Positions 24,418 through 35,620 of a stretch of DNA of 64,000 nucleotides are shown here, piece after piece; position 1 is the first letter of the stretch; each line of letters starts with the position of its first letter. The position numbers and the translations under genes are program-made. The DNA is from Squalus acanthias (lineage: Eukaryota). The stretch spans positions 87,422,001 to 87,486,000 of the forward strand of contig CM059432.1 in NCBI GenBank assembly GCA_030390025.1, in the 5' to 3' direction. The notes beneath the pieces were generated by a model. The model saw only the letters and a list, made by a program, of their open reading frames with translations. It did no database searches and was not told the DNA's origin.

Positions 24418-27400
24418 GTGTCAGGAAGGGGCAGAAGGTATGGAGTAAAAAGTAAAGTAATAAAAAGGGCAAAAGCAGGAACTAAGTGTCACAAAACATA
24501 TTTGAAAGTTCTCTATCTGAATGCACGTAGCATTCGTAACAAAATAGACGAGTTAATGGCACAAATAACTACATATGGGTATGATCTTGTGGCCATTACA
24601 GAAACATGGCTGCAGGGTGACAATGCCTGGGAATTAAACATACCAGGTTATTTAACGATCAAGAAGGACAGGCAGGAAGGAAGGGGAGGAGGGGTGGCTA
24701 TGTTAATAAAGGAAGGAATCACTGTAATACAGAGAAATGATATTGGGTCAAAAGATCAGGATAATGAAACAGTTTGGGTGGAGATAAGGAATAATAAGGG
24801 GGAAAAAACACTAGTGGACGTAGTCTATAGGCCTCCGAACAGTTGCAACTCTATTGGACGGAGTATCAATCAGGAAATAGTTGTGGCTTGTAATAAGGGA
24901 ACATCTATAATTATGGGGGATTTTAACTATCATATTAATTGGACAAATCAAATTGGGCAGGGCTGCCTTGAGGATGAGTTCATTGAGTGTATTAGGGATG
25001 GGTTTCTTGAGCAGTATGTAACTGAACCGACCAGGGGGCAAGCAACCTTAGATCTGGTTCTGTGTAACGAGACAGGATTAATTAAAAATGTCCTAGTAAA
25101 GGATCCCCTTGGAATGAGTGACCATAACATGGTTGAATTCCATATTCAATTAGAGGGTGAGAAGGTTGGATCTCAAACAAGCGTGCTAAGCTTGAATAAA
25201 GGTGACTATGAAGGTATGCGAGCGGAATTGAGTAGAGTGGATTGGGAAAATAGATTAAAGGGTAAGACGACACATGATCAGTGGTGTACATTTAAAGAGT
25301 TATTTTACAACTTCCAAAAAAATATATTCCACTGAGAAGAAAAGGGTGTAAAAGAAAAGACAGTCATCCGTGGCTAAGTAAAGAAATTAAGGATAGTATT
25401 CGACTAAAAACAAGGGCCTATAAGGTAGCTAAATCTAGTGGGAGAATAGAGGATTGGGAAAACTTTAAAAGACAGCAAAAATAACAAAAAGATTGATTAA
25501 GAAAGGGAAGATAGATTATGAAAGTAAATTAGCAAAAAATATAAAAACAGATAGAGTTTTTATAGTTATATAAAAAGAAAAAGGGTGGCTAAAGTAAATG
25601 TTGGTCCCTTAGAGGATGAGACCGGGAAATTAATTGTGGGAAATATGGAGATGGCAAATACACTGAATGAATATTTTGTATCAGTCTTTACAGTAGAGGA
25701 CACTAAGAATATCCCAACACTGGACAAACAGGGGGCTATGGGGGGGAGGAGCTAAACACGATCAAAATCACTAAGGAAGTGGTACTCGGTAAAATAATGG
25801 GACTCAAGGCGGATAAATCACCTGGACCTGATGGCTTACATCCTAGGGTCTTGAGGGAAGTGGCGGTAGGGATTGTGGATGCATTGGTAATAATTTTCCA
25901 AAACTCCCTGGACTCAGCAAAGATCCCGGCAGACTGCAAAACTGCTAATGTAACACCCTTATTTAAAAAGGGCAGTAGACAGAAGGCTGGAAACTATAGA
26001 CAGGTTAGCCTAACATCTGTGGCAGGTAAAATTTTGGAGTCCATTATTAAGGAGACAGTAACGGGACATTTGGATAATCATAATTTAATAGGATAAAGTC
26101 AGCATGGTTTTATGAAGGGGAAGTCATGTTTGACAAATTTGCTGGAGTTCTTTGAGGAAGTAACATACAGGGTGGATAAAGGGAAACCAGTGGATGTGGT
26201 GTATTTAGACTTCCAAAAGGCATTTGACAAGGTGCCACACAAAAGATTATTGCTTAAGATAAAAAATCACGGGATTGGGGGTAATATTCTGGCATGGATA
26301 GAGGATTGGCTATCTAACAGAAGGCAGAGAGTTGGGATAAATGGTTCACTCTCAGACTGGCAATCAGTAACTAGTGGTGTTCCGCAGGGGTCAGTGCTGG
26401 GTCCCCAACTCTTTACAATCTATATTAACGATTTGGAGGAGGGGACCGAGTGTAACATATCAAAGTTTGCAGATGATACTAAGATGGGAGGGAAAGTAGT
26501 GAGTGAGGAGGACATAAAAAATCTGCAAGAGGACATAGACAGGCTAAGTAAGTGGGCAGAGATTTGGCAGATGGAATACAATACTGGAAAGTGTGAGGTT
26601 ATGCACTTTGGCAGGAAAAATAGTAGAGCAAGTTATTGGCCCAAAAATTAGTGCCGCTACGCGAGAGTACGCACTGCGTACTCGCGTATTCTGTCTCCAA
26701 TTGTCGGTTTTCTGCATGCACTGCACATGCGCTGAAAACCGGCACTTGGTGAATGGAAAAAGGGGCGGGTCCTAGGTGAACCGCGTGCGCGCTACAGGCT
26801 GCGCGCACGCAGTGCACTTAGTGGTTTCAACGCGCAGGTAAGTACGGAAGATACTACACATAAAAAAAGGAGGAGTAAGACCCACTTTTAACAAGGTAAG
26901 TAGTGAATTAAGTATTATTTTGAATTTTTTTTAACAGGTATATCTTTTTTAGAGACTTTAAAGACAGGTAAGTTTATTTTTATAACTTTTTAAAAGATTT
27001 TAAATTTTTTCAAAAATTTAATTTTTTATTTAAAATGGTTAATTTATTTAACTATACTTATTTTATTAATGTGATGGTTTTTTTAAATTTAATTGAGGTT
27101 TAGCGGTTCTTTTGGGGGGCTATAGTATTCATAGCTTTCACAGCACTTATGTGAAAGTTATGAATGGAAGATGGTGTGCTGCCATTGGCTCTAACTGAGT
27201 CACGTGATCCCACAGCTCGCATGAATTAACTACGCCTGTGGGATACGCAAGCCCAGCACAGCAGCTGTCCAGAACATCAAGTTCGTGCGAGCTGGAACTG
27301 AAAAAGCCAACGCGCAGTGAGAGATCGCGGGGAGGCCTTACCCTCGCACGAAGGCTTCCTCACGATTTTTTGGGCCATTATCTTAATGGCAAGAAACTGG

Positions 27401-28047
27401 AAAGTACAGAAGTACAAAGGGATCTGGGGGTCCTGGTGCACGAAACTCAAAAGGTTAGTATGCAGGTGCAGCAAGTGATTAAGAAGGCCAATGGAATGTT
27501 GGCTTTCATTGCTAGGGGAATAGAATATAAAAATAGGGAGGTATTGCTTCAGTTGTACAAGGTATTGGTGAGACCGCACCTGGAATACTGCATACAGTTT
27601 TGGTGTCCATACTTCAGAAAAGACATACTTGCTCTCGAGTCAGTAAAAAGAAGGTTCACTCGGTTAATCCCGGGGATGAGGGGATGGACATATGAGGAGA
27701 CGTTGGGTAGATTGGGACTCTACTCATTGGAGTTCAGAAGAATGAGAGGCGATCTTATTGAAACATATAAGATTGTGAAGGGGTTGGATCGGGTGGATGC
27801 GGGGGGGATGTTCCCGATGATGGGTGAAACTAGAACTAGGGGGCATAGTCTTAGAATAAGGGGCTGCTCTTTCAAAACTGAGATGAGAAGGAACTACTTC
27901 ACTCAGAGGGTGGTAGGTCCATGGAATATGCTGCCCCAAAAAGCTGTAGAAGCTACATCATTACATAAATTTAAAACAGAAATAGACAGTTTCCTAGAAG
28001 TAAAGGGAATTAAGGGTTACGGGGAGCGGGCAGGAATTTGGACATGA
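24418..28047 (+). pseudogene. CR1 ORF2 (APE plus RT) with frameshifts, a stop codon and a MITE insertion
   Basis: ORF pieces 24418-25335, 25779-26096, 26112-26637, 27377-28047. Confidence 0.93.
26638..27376 (+). mobile_element. Non-autonomous Harbinger-type element (family M3)
   Basis: TIRs GGCCCAAAAATT / ATTTTTTGGGCC; ATT TSD; empty site seen in the sister CR1 near 2908-2922. Confidence 0.95.
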
Positions 28048-28281
28048 GTCTAGGTTCGGATCGGTCATGGCCCTGTGGGTAGCGTAGCGGGCCCAGGGGC
28101 CGTGTAACCTGATCCTGCTCCTATTTCGTGTGTCCAATTCTGTTAGGTTCAGGAGATTGTTCTGTGATAGTAGATTGGCGGTTAGGATCAGATCAGCCAT
28201 GATCTTATTGAATGGCGGAGCAGGCTCGAGGGGCCAATTGGCCTACTCCTGCTCCTATTTCTTATGTTCTTATGTTCTTAT

Positions 28282-28680
28282 GCAAAAAACTACCAACCTG
28301 TTGAATCTTTCTCGATAGCTGTAATCTCTCAGTTCTGGTACTGTCCCACACCTGTGGCTGTCTGGGTTGCATCCTCCCTTCTGCTTCCTCCTCTTTGGCT
28401 TCCTCCTTGTAAATCTTTTTTTGCACTTTCTCCATTGCTTCTATGTCCTTTTTATAGCATGGAGACCAGAACTGTGCACAGTACTCTAAGTGCGCCAGAC
28501 AGGGTCCTATACAAGTTTAACATAACTTCACTACTTTTGAATTCTATAACCCTAGAAATAAATCCCAGTGCTTTGTTAGCATTTTTAGTTGCTTTGCGGA
28601 CCTGTGATGCTGCTTTTAATGATTTTTTCATCTGTACTCCTGGATCCCTTTACTCTTCTACGCCATTCAGTTTCTTATTT
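28282..28680 (-). mobile_element. CR1 RT fragment (host element G, 5' half)
   Basis: Minus strand: KNANKALGFISRVIEFKS..LEYCAQFWSP..VPELRDYSYRERFNRL; collinear with 62480-62805. Confidence 0.85.
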
Positions 28681-29544
28681 TCTTAGGTGCCCAGTCTGCA
28701 AGTTTTCTAATTTCCTGGATTTTGCATTGGGAATAACAGTGAGGCTAATAGCGCTCACCGTTATTATGGAGTAAATCGGACAACAACTTTTGGAGTACAC
28801 ACATGCGCAGTTAAACGTGGAAATCTGGAAGTTGCAGTCCAAGTTATCCTGCTCCTCCACAGGCTGCGCTATACCGATAGACTCAGCATTGAAATCAATA
28901 TAAAGGTGTGAAGTTGTGGTACGTACCCACTAGTTATCCATTAAACATGACAGAAAAAGTTAGGGCTGGTGCATTTAGGTGTAAGTGAATTTTTAACAGC
29001 GTGATAAGTCATAATTAATGCCAAACAACCCTCTGGCCCTGAAAGTTTAATTTTATGACTGTGGCGTCTCATTCCTTCAGAATTTAATTAGTGTTGAAGA
29101 TTAAAAAAAAATGTAATTAAAATAATTTTTTTATTTTAATTTTTTGGTCTGTCTCTTTTATCTTTCTCTCTTAACCCCATCTTTCTTTTCCAATATTTAT
29201 TTTGCTTTCTTTACATGATTTAAATCTAATTTATAATTCCTGGCTTATACTTCCTGGTGTAGACTCTGTGTGGCTCAGTGAGGATTCTTCAATCTGTGTT
29301 ACATGTCCTGCGCACAGATGCCACAGACCTCCTGTAGAGGCCGCTGCGCTGGATCAGCTGCCCGATGACAGCAAGTCTGCTCAAAAGCCCGCAAAAACTC
29401 TCTGGGCAGCTGTCAGCATAGTGAACAACGAGCACCGTTCCTTCGCCGCTTACTGCACATTCTGGGCCAATGTCTTCTTGTATTATGTTGCATTCTTCCT
29501 CAGTGTTAGCTAGACCATCCATTTAATTTATAAAGAGAAATATT

Positions 29545-29913
29545 TGAATTTATTTAGCACCTTGCACAATCTCCCAAAGTGTTTTACAGCCAATGAAGTA
29601 CTTTTGAAGTGTACTCACTGTTGTAATGTAGGAATCATAGCAGCCAATTTACACAGAGCAATGTTCCACAAACAGCAATGAGATAATGACCAGATAATTT
29701 TTTTTTAGTGATGTTGATTGAGGGATAAATATTGACTAGGCACCAGGATAACTCCCCTGCTCTTCTTCAAATAATGCCTTGGGATCTTTTACATCCACCT
29801 GAGAAGGTAGACGGTAAATCAGTTTTTGTGCTCAAGTCTCTGGATTGGGACTTAAACCCACAACCTTCTGACCCAGAGTCGTGAGAGTGCTACCACTGAG
29901 CTACAGCTGACAC
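29545..29913 (-). mobile_element. tRNA-derived SINE (Deu-domain/SacSINE1-like by recognition)
   Basis: Minus-strand A-box TAGCTCAGTGG (29893-29903) and B-box-like GGTTTAAGTCCC; related 3' tail fragments at 32210-32295 and 49150-49240. Confidence 0.7.
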
Positions 29914-30299
29914 ATAACTAGTCAATCTCCTATGACATTGCACATGGGGAGTCAAAACCAGGTGAAGTAGGAATAGAAGCCAAGTAATATAATCCAGATG
30001 TAATTTAGTCCCCATTTTAAACTAATACATTCTGTCCTTATTTTTATAATCCCATTGCAAAACTGTGATTACACCTTCTTACTAGTGGTGGTGCCACTAG
30101 AGGCAGAAGGTACTCACAGTGTGACAAGCTTAGATAGGCAGTTTTGATTATAAATGTGGACATGGGCATTTATAATAGAAATATTTGACAGGAGGTACAC
30201 ACAGATGTAAAATTTTGATATGTAATATAGATAGATAGCAGTTGTAACTATAACACCAACACTGTAACAGAATATCACACTTTCTTTGTCAAACTGTTT

Positions 30300-31700
30300 C
30301 TCCTGAATTTCTCACAGTCCTTTATATCCTGTTCCTAATGACTGAATTATCCCACCTTTTTACACGTGTCATTTCTCTGCCAACTTGTGAATAGCTCTGT
30401 GATCTTTGTTTTTCTTCTCCTCAGCTGGCAGCATAGTGTTTTCAATTGTTAATATTTTAAAGCTATGCTCCTGTTTTTTCATTGCTATTCTCTGTTCAAA
30501 GGCCTGTTATCCAAAGATTTACTTTTTGGCCTGTGTACACAGTACAGTTCTTTGAGCCTGGCAAGGGACCGTATCATATATTGAATTCCAGCCATTTAGA
30601 AGCTGGGTTTAACCTATTGAAATTTCTCTTGTTCTATACCTCATTGAAGAAATCCGCAAATGCTATAATATTACTGAAATTGATACCTTACTTCCTCCCT
30701 CATCTGTTTTCTTTACTGTGAAAATGTAGTAATTTGACTGTGAAAGCATTGAGTGTTCTTAAGTTTGCTTGGATTTGAGGCTAAGTTGTGGTGAACTTGT
30801 CCCATGTTATAATTCATTTTTAGTTACTGCTTCAGCAGTCTTTTTGCAGGAAGCCTATTTGTCCCTACTGTTCTTCCTCTTACCAATATAGATGAATCTA
30901 TCTGCAGTCTCAAATTCCATTACATCACACAGCAAAATGCTTCCCTGATATCCACCATGTTCATGGTATCTCACCACCTTTGGGTGAGGCAGCACATTTC
31001 TTCGCTATTTCCCTTATATGAGAACCTGAATGAAGCAGTTGATGATGAGTAAGCCTGGTATGTGTTATTGAATGGGACACCAACATCATCCTGAACTGTC
31101 CTTGCACCACGTCAAAAGTAGAAATCAGTCAAATAGTTGACATGGAAACTCTGAGTCTTGGAACAGCAGCTGTTTTGCAGGTATTACCTGGAAGCTGATG
31201 ACTTGCACATTGGCTTGTATATCCAGGTTTGATTGGGTTGCAGTGAGGCAAGCAGTTATTGTTGAACCTCCAACTGGTGGAACCACCATTTGGTGTGATA
31301 TGGTGTGTATCATGGTGTGGGCAAGAGAATGTTGTCAATACGTTCATAAGGCAAGCTGTGCTGATCACTATGCTGCTCAGGAGAAGTTCTTGGTATCTGC
31401 AGTCCTCCCAGTCACAACTTAAAGTTGCATTTGTCAGTTGTCTACAAAAAATAATTTTGCAAGCTGCCTTTCAGCAGTTTCAGGCAGAGAAATCTTCCCT
31501 GTCATGGATCCCTTGCCATGGTGTTTGCTATGGGCATTGCCATACAAGATTGTATAATGTGGGCAGAACAGAAGCTGGAGGAAGATGAAATGACAGAGGC
31601 ATGCTGGATAAGGTTACACCAAGGAGAAAACGACCAACTAGAACTTTCCCTCCATCAGAGTCTACAGACCTTTATATATATCCTTTCAAACACAAAACAC
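30300..31700 (-). pseudogene. Possible highly decayed LTR-retrotransposon pol/integrase
   Basis: Weak resemblance only: LDIQANVQVISFQ...SEFPCQLFD to the Gypsy zinc-finger/integrase junction; many stops. Confidence 0.25.
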
Positions 31701-32556
31701 AATGAACAGACTAACTTCAGAACACTGGACTTCATATTGCAAAGTGGTTTTACTGTGCATATATATTTATATCAAGTGCATCTTATAACTATCGTGCTTA
31801 CCATGGTGAATCTCTGTGCTGCTCTTAAATTTATCTTGGTGCTATACTGAAGTGCCACCTGAGGGCCAGAGATGCACATGGTGCTTGGCTACATTGAGAT
31901 ATAATGAGCCCTTTGGGATCAAAGTGGCCTTCATCTCAGGGCTTCTGAGGCCCAGGAGGGCTGTTCAGCTGGCTGCAGGTGGGTGTGCAGCCTGGTCCTA
32001 TATCCTGACACTTGCATAAGCAGGGATCTGAGGGGGTTGGCTAGAAAGATGACATAATATGTCACTAGGAGAGAGGACAACATCATGAAGAGGGATTCCA
32101 GGCATTCCACTTGTTCTGTGTCCTGGATCAGCAGGAGGGAAAACCTAATGGTATCGGTTAAGTCCTGCAGAAAGTGAGAGATGTTGCCCAAAGCTTTTGG
32201 AAGACTCTTTCCTACATTACAACAGTACTTAATTGGCTGTAAACCGCTTTGGGGCGTCCTGAGGTCGTGAAAGGCGCTATATAAATGCAAGTCTTTTGTT
32301 TTCTTTTTTCAATCATTCTCCTTAAACAGCTGAGGGGCTGAGGTCAACACACCATTACCAACTGCAGGTAGTGCTGTATTGTGTCAAATCTTCTTTGATA
32401 TTAGCACTGAGAATGGTATAGAACTTTGCCGTGACCCCTGCTATCTGTCTTGGGTTCTCCCAAATGGTCCTTAGTGCTTCAGTGTGAGTATGAGGTCAAT
32501 TGATAATATCAATTGACACCCAGTCTAACAAACTAACTAACCACTTGAGAACACAA

Positions 32557-33218
32557 GGGGGTAACTTCGCCGGGGCGCTAATTTTAGTGCCCCGAAAAAG
32601 TTAGCGCCCCCGCGGCCGATTTTCCCAGGTAGCGCCATGAGAGGGAGGAGGTGCGCTACTGGAAGCAAGGCAATATCGCGGCGCTATGTGCCGCAGGTAC
32701 TGCAGGCGTTCCTCCCCTTATTAAAGGGGAAGGGCCTGGCACAGCGTGTCCCGGTGCCCAGCTGGGCCACCAGGAATCGGGAGTGCCGGCAAATGAGTCC
32801 GGCACTCAAGAGGAGTGCTGGGCTCACGGAGAGCAGCCGGCACCCCGCGGGGGAACTTCACGGGGGCCGGGGACAGCAACGGGAGCAGGTGCTGGCAGGC
32901 GGCCAGCAACAAAAATGGCCGCCCGCCACCTCACCTTTAAATAGCGCTGCCCCGGCCGCAGGTAGGCCCCCCCGACCCCGGCAGACATAGCGTCCGGCGG
33001 TAAGTCGGGGGGTGCCACCCAATATTACAGCCGGGGCGTGAGCGGGGCGCTGCGTATGGCGATGACGTCATCGCCAGCGGCGGAGAGCCACCGCTAACCT
33101 CCCGCTGAATTTCGCGGGAGGCGCTAGCGGCGCCGCACCCAGGCGCTAGTTGATTTGCGCCCCGTTAGGGCCCTCTTAGGACGCTAACGGGAGGCGCAAC
33201 TCAACCGAATTTAGCCCC
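32557..33218. mobile_element. Non-autonomous Harbinger-type element (GC-rich family M4)
   Basis: TIRs GGGGGTAACTTCG / CGAATTTAGCCCC; CAA TSD; right end resembles 47720-47773; related inverted copy at 59448-60096. Confidence 0.85.
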
Positions 33219-33669
33219 CAAGGAACTTTAAAGTCTCACTCTTTCTCTTCTGGTATTCTAATGTTTGAGCATAATATTTCAATTAAATTGCCTTTTTTGG
33301 CATTTATTTTGGATTGTGCCTTTTTTTTCCATTGTGATATAATATTTCTACCATAACAATGTGTTGAATCTGTGCAATATTGTTGCTCATAGTTAAATGT
33401 GACTGCACAAGTGTCCTTAGTTGCCCTTGTTTTTCAAGAATCAGCACTGATAATTCCTAAGCCTTCTCTTGCACAGCTTTCTTTCCTGTTTCTAGAGGAA
33501 GCCTCCCTTGTTTTTCTCCTGAATCATCCTCTTGTGTCTGAATGATGTCATCTGAGGTCTGTGAGGACTGAACTATTTCAAATCCAACTGATAGATTCAA
33601 CTGTAAAATCCAAGGCAAATTGAAACAATCAGTTATAAAATCTTCAATAATTAATCTCTCCAGGGTAGA

Positions 33670-35620
33670 GTTGTGGTGAGGGGAGGGCGAAAGCAAGAGA
33701 TGCATGCTTACACCATGCGCAGCTTGTACATCAGAAGATATTGTGAGATGCGGGGGAAGTGGGATGTGAGAAGGAGGATAGCATATGAGGATACCAGCAT
33801 ATGCTGCCCCTGCCCAGAATGACCAGCACCGTCTCCTCCCAAGGGGGTAAAGTAAAGCTAGGAATGTGAGGTGTTCCTTGTGTTTGGTAGAGATTGTTGG
33901 TAGGTGAGTGATGGGCGGGGGGAGGGAGGGTCGTTGGTCGTGCATTGAGCAGTGTGTGAGGCTAGTGGCACAGTTGGTAGGAGAAGGCTTTTGAAGATGC
34001 ATTCACTGATCTTGACCACTGGTCTGAAGTCATGAAACTTCTTTGGACACTGGAGCCAGGTCCTGGGGGCAACACTGCTGGCAGTGACGGCCTCGGAGAT
34101 CTTTTTTAAAAATTCATTCCTGGGATGTGGGCATTGCTGGCAAGGCCAGCGTTTATTGCCCATCCCTAATTGCCCTTGAGAATGTGGTGGTGAGCCGCCT
34201 TCTTGAACCGCTGCAGTACATGTGGTGAAGGTACTTCTATAGTGCTGTTAGGGAGGGAGTTCCATGATTTTGACCCAGCGACGATGAAGGAACAGTGATA
34301 TATTTCCAAGTCAGGATGGTGTGTAACTTGGAGGGGAACTTGGAGGTGATGGTGTTCCCATGCACCTGCTGCCCTTGTCCTTCTAGGTGGTAGATTTGCG
34401 GGTTTGGGAGGTGCTGTCGAAGAAGCCTTGGCGAGTTGCTGCAGTGCATCTTGTAGATGGTACAGTCACGGTGCGCCGGTGATGGAAGGAATGAATATTT
34501 AAAGTGGTGGATGGTGTGCCAATCAAGCGGGCTGCTTTGTCCTGGTTGGTGTCGAGCTTCTTGAGTGTTGTTGGAGCTGCATTCATCCAGGCAATTGGAG
34601 AGTATTCCATCACACTCTTGACTTGTGCCTTGTAGATGGTGGAAAGGCTTTGGGGAGTCAGGAGGTGAGACACTCACCGCAGAATACCCAGCTTCTGACC
34701 TGCTCTTTTAGCCACAGTATTTATTTGGCTGGTGCAGTTAAGTTTCTGGTCAATGGTGACCCCCAGGATGTTGATGGTGGGGGATTCGGCGATGGTAATG
34801 CCGTTGAAATTCAAAGGAGGTGGTTAAACTCTCGCTTGTTGGAGATTGTCAATGCCTGGCACTTGTATGGGGCGAATGTTACTTGCCACTTATCAGCACA
34901 AACTTGAATGTAGTCTTGCTGTATGCAGGCATGGACTGCTTCATTATCTGAGGAGTTGCGAATGGAACTGAATACTGTGCACTCATCAACAAACATCCCC
35001 ACGTTTGACCTCATGATGGAGGGAAGGTCATTGATGAAGCAGCTGAAGATGGTTGGGCCTAGGACACTGCCCTGAGGATCTCCTGCAGCAATGTCCTGGG
35101 GCTGAGATGATTGACCTTCAACAACCAAAACCATCTTCCTTTGTGCTGGGTATGACTCCAGCCAGTGGCGAGTTTTCCCCCGATTCCCATTGACTTCAGT
35201 TTTACTGGGGCTCCTTGATGCCACACTCATTCAAATGGTGCCTTGATGTCAAGGGCAGTCACTCTCACCTCATCTCTGGAACTCAGCTCTTTTGTCCATG
35301 TTTGGACCAAGGCTGTAAAAAGGTCTGGAGCCGAGTGGTCCTGGTGGAACCACTCTGGTCCCACATTCTTCTTTCTGGATGGCCTCCCAGCCCTCTGTGG
35401 GTGCAGGACCTCTCTTCAACTTTTGACCTTTTGCACAAAGCTGGAGTGCTGCATGCGAGACCCTGGGTGCTCTTTCCCTGGCTCGTTGAGCCATTTCTGT
35501 TAGCGCTGAAGCTATTTTACAATTTTTTACATGCAGCAGGCAGTTCAGCTTTAAGAGCTGAAGTCGGCCTAGTTTGGGATGATTTTTAATGTTTTTTTCA
35601 GAAGGCAGTTCCCTTTTAAG
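33670..35620 (-). mobile_element. Harbinger Myb/SANT gene remnant split by a LINE
   Basis: MAQRARERAPRVSHAAL (35494) continues as ISEAVTASSVAPRTWLQCPKKFHDF (34100); homologous to 5830-6430. Confidence 0.8.
34103..35352 (-). mobile_element. 5'-truncated CR1/L2-group LINE (RT plus 3' end)
   Basis: GDPQGSVLGPTIFSCFINDLP..MFVDECT, IYKAQVKSVMEY. Confidence 0.85.

Larger units (their letters stand above)
22811..28281 (+). mobile_element. Full-length CR1 LINE (5' UTR, ORF1, disrupted ORF2, 3' UTR)
   Basis: 5' UTR 22811-23368; ORF1; ORF2; TTCTTATG tail at 28258-28281. Confidence 0.95.

Noticed and set aside
33457..33600. Possible terminal exon on minus (LNLSVGFE...QEKA*)
   Set aside because: An acceptor and a downstream AATAAA are present, but there is no linked exon or recognisable homology
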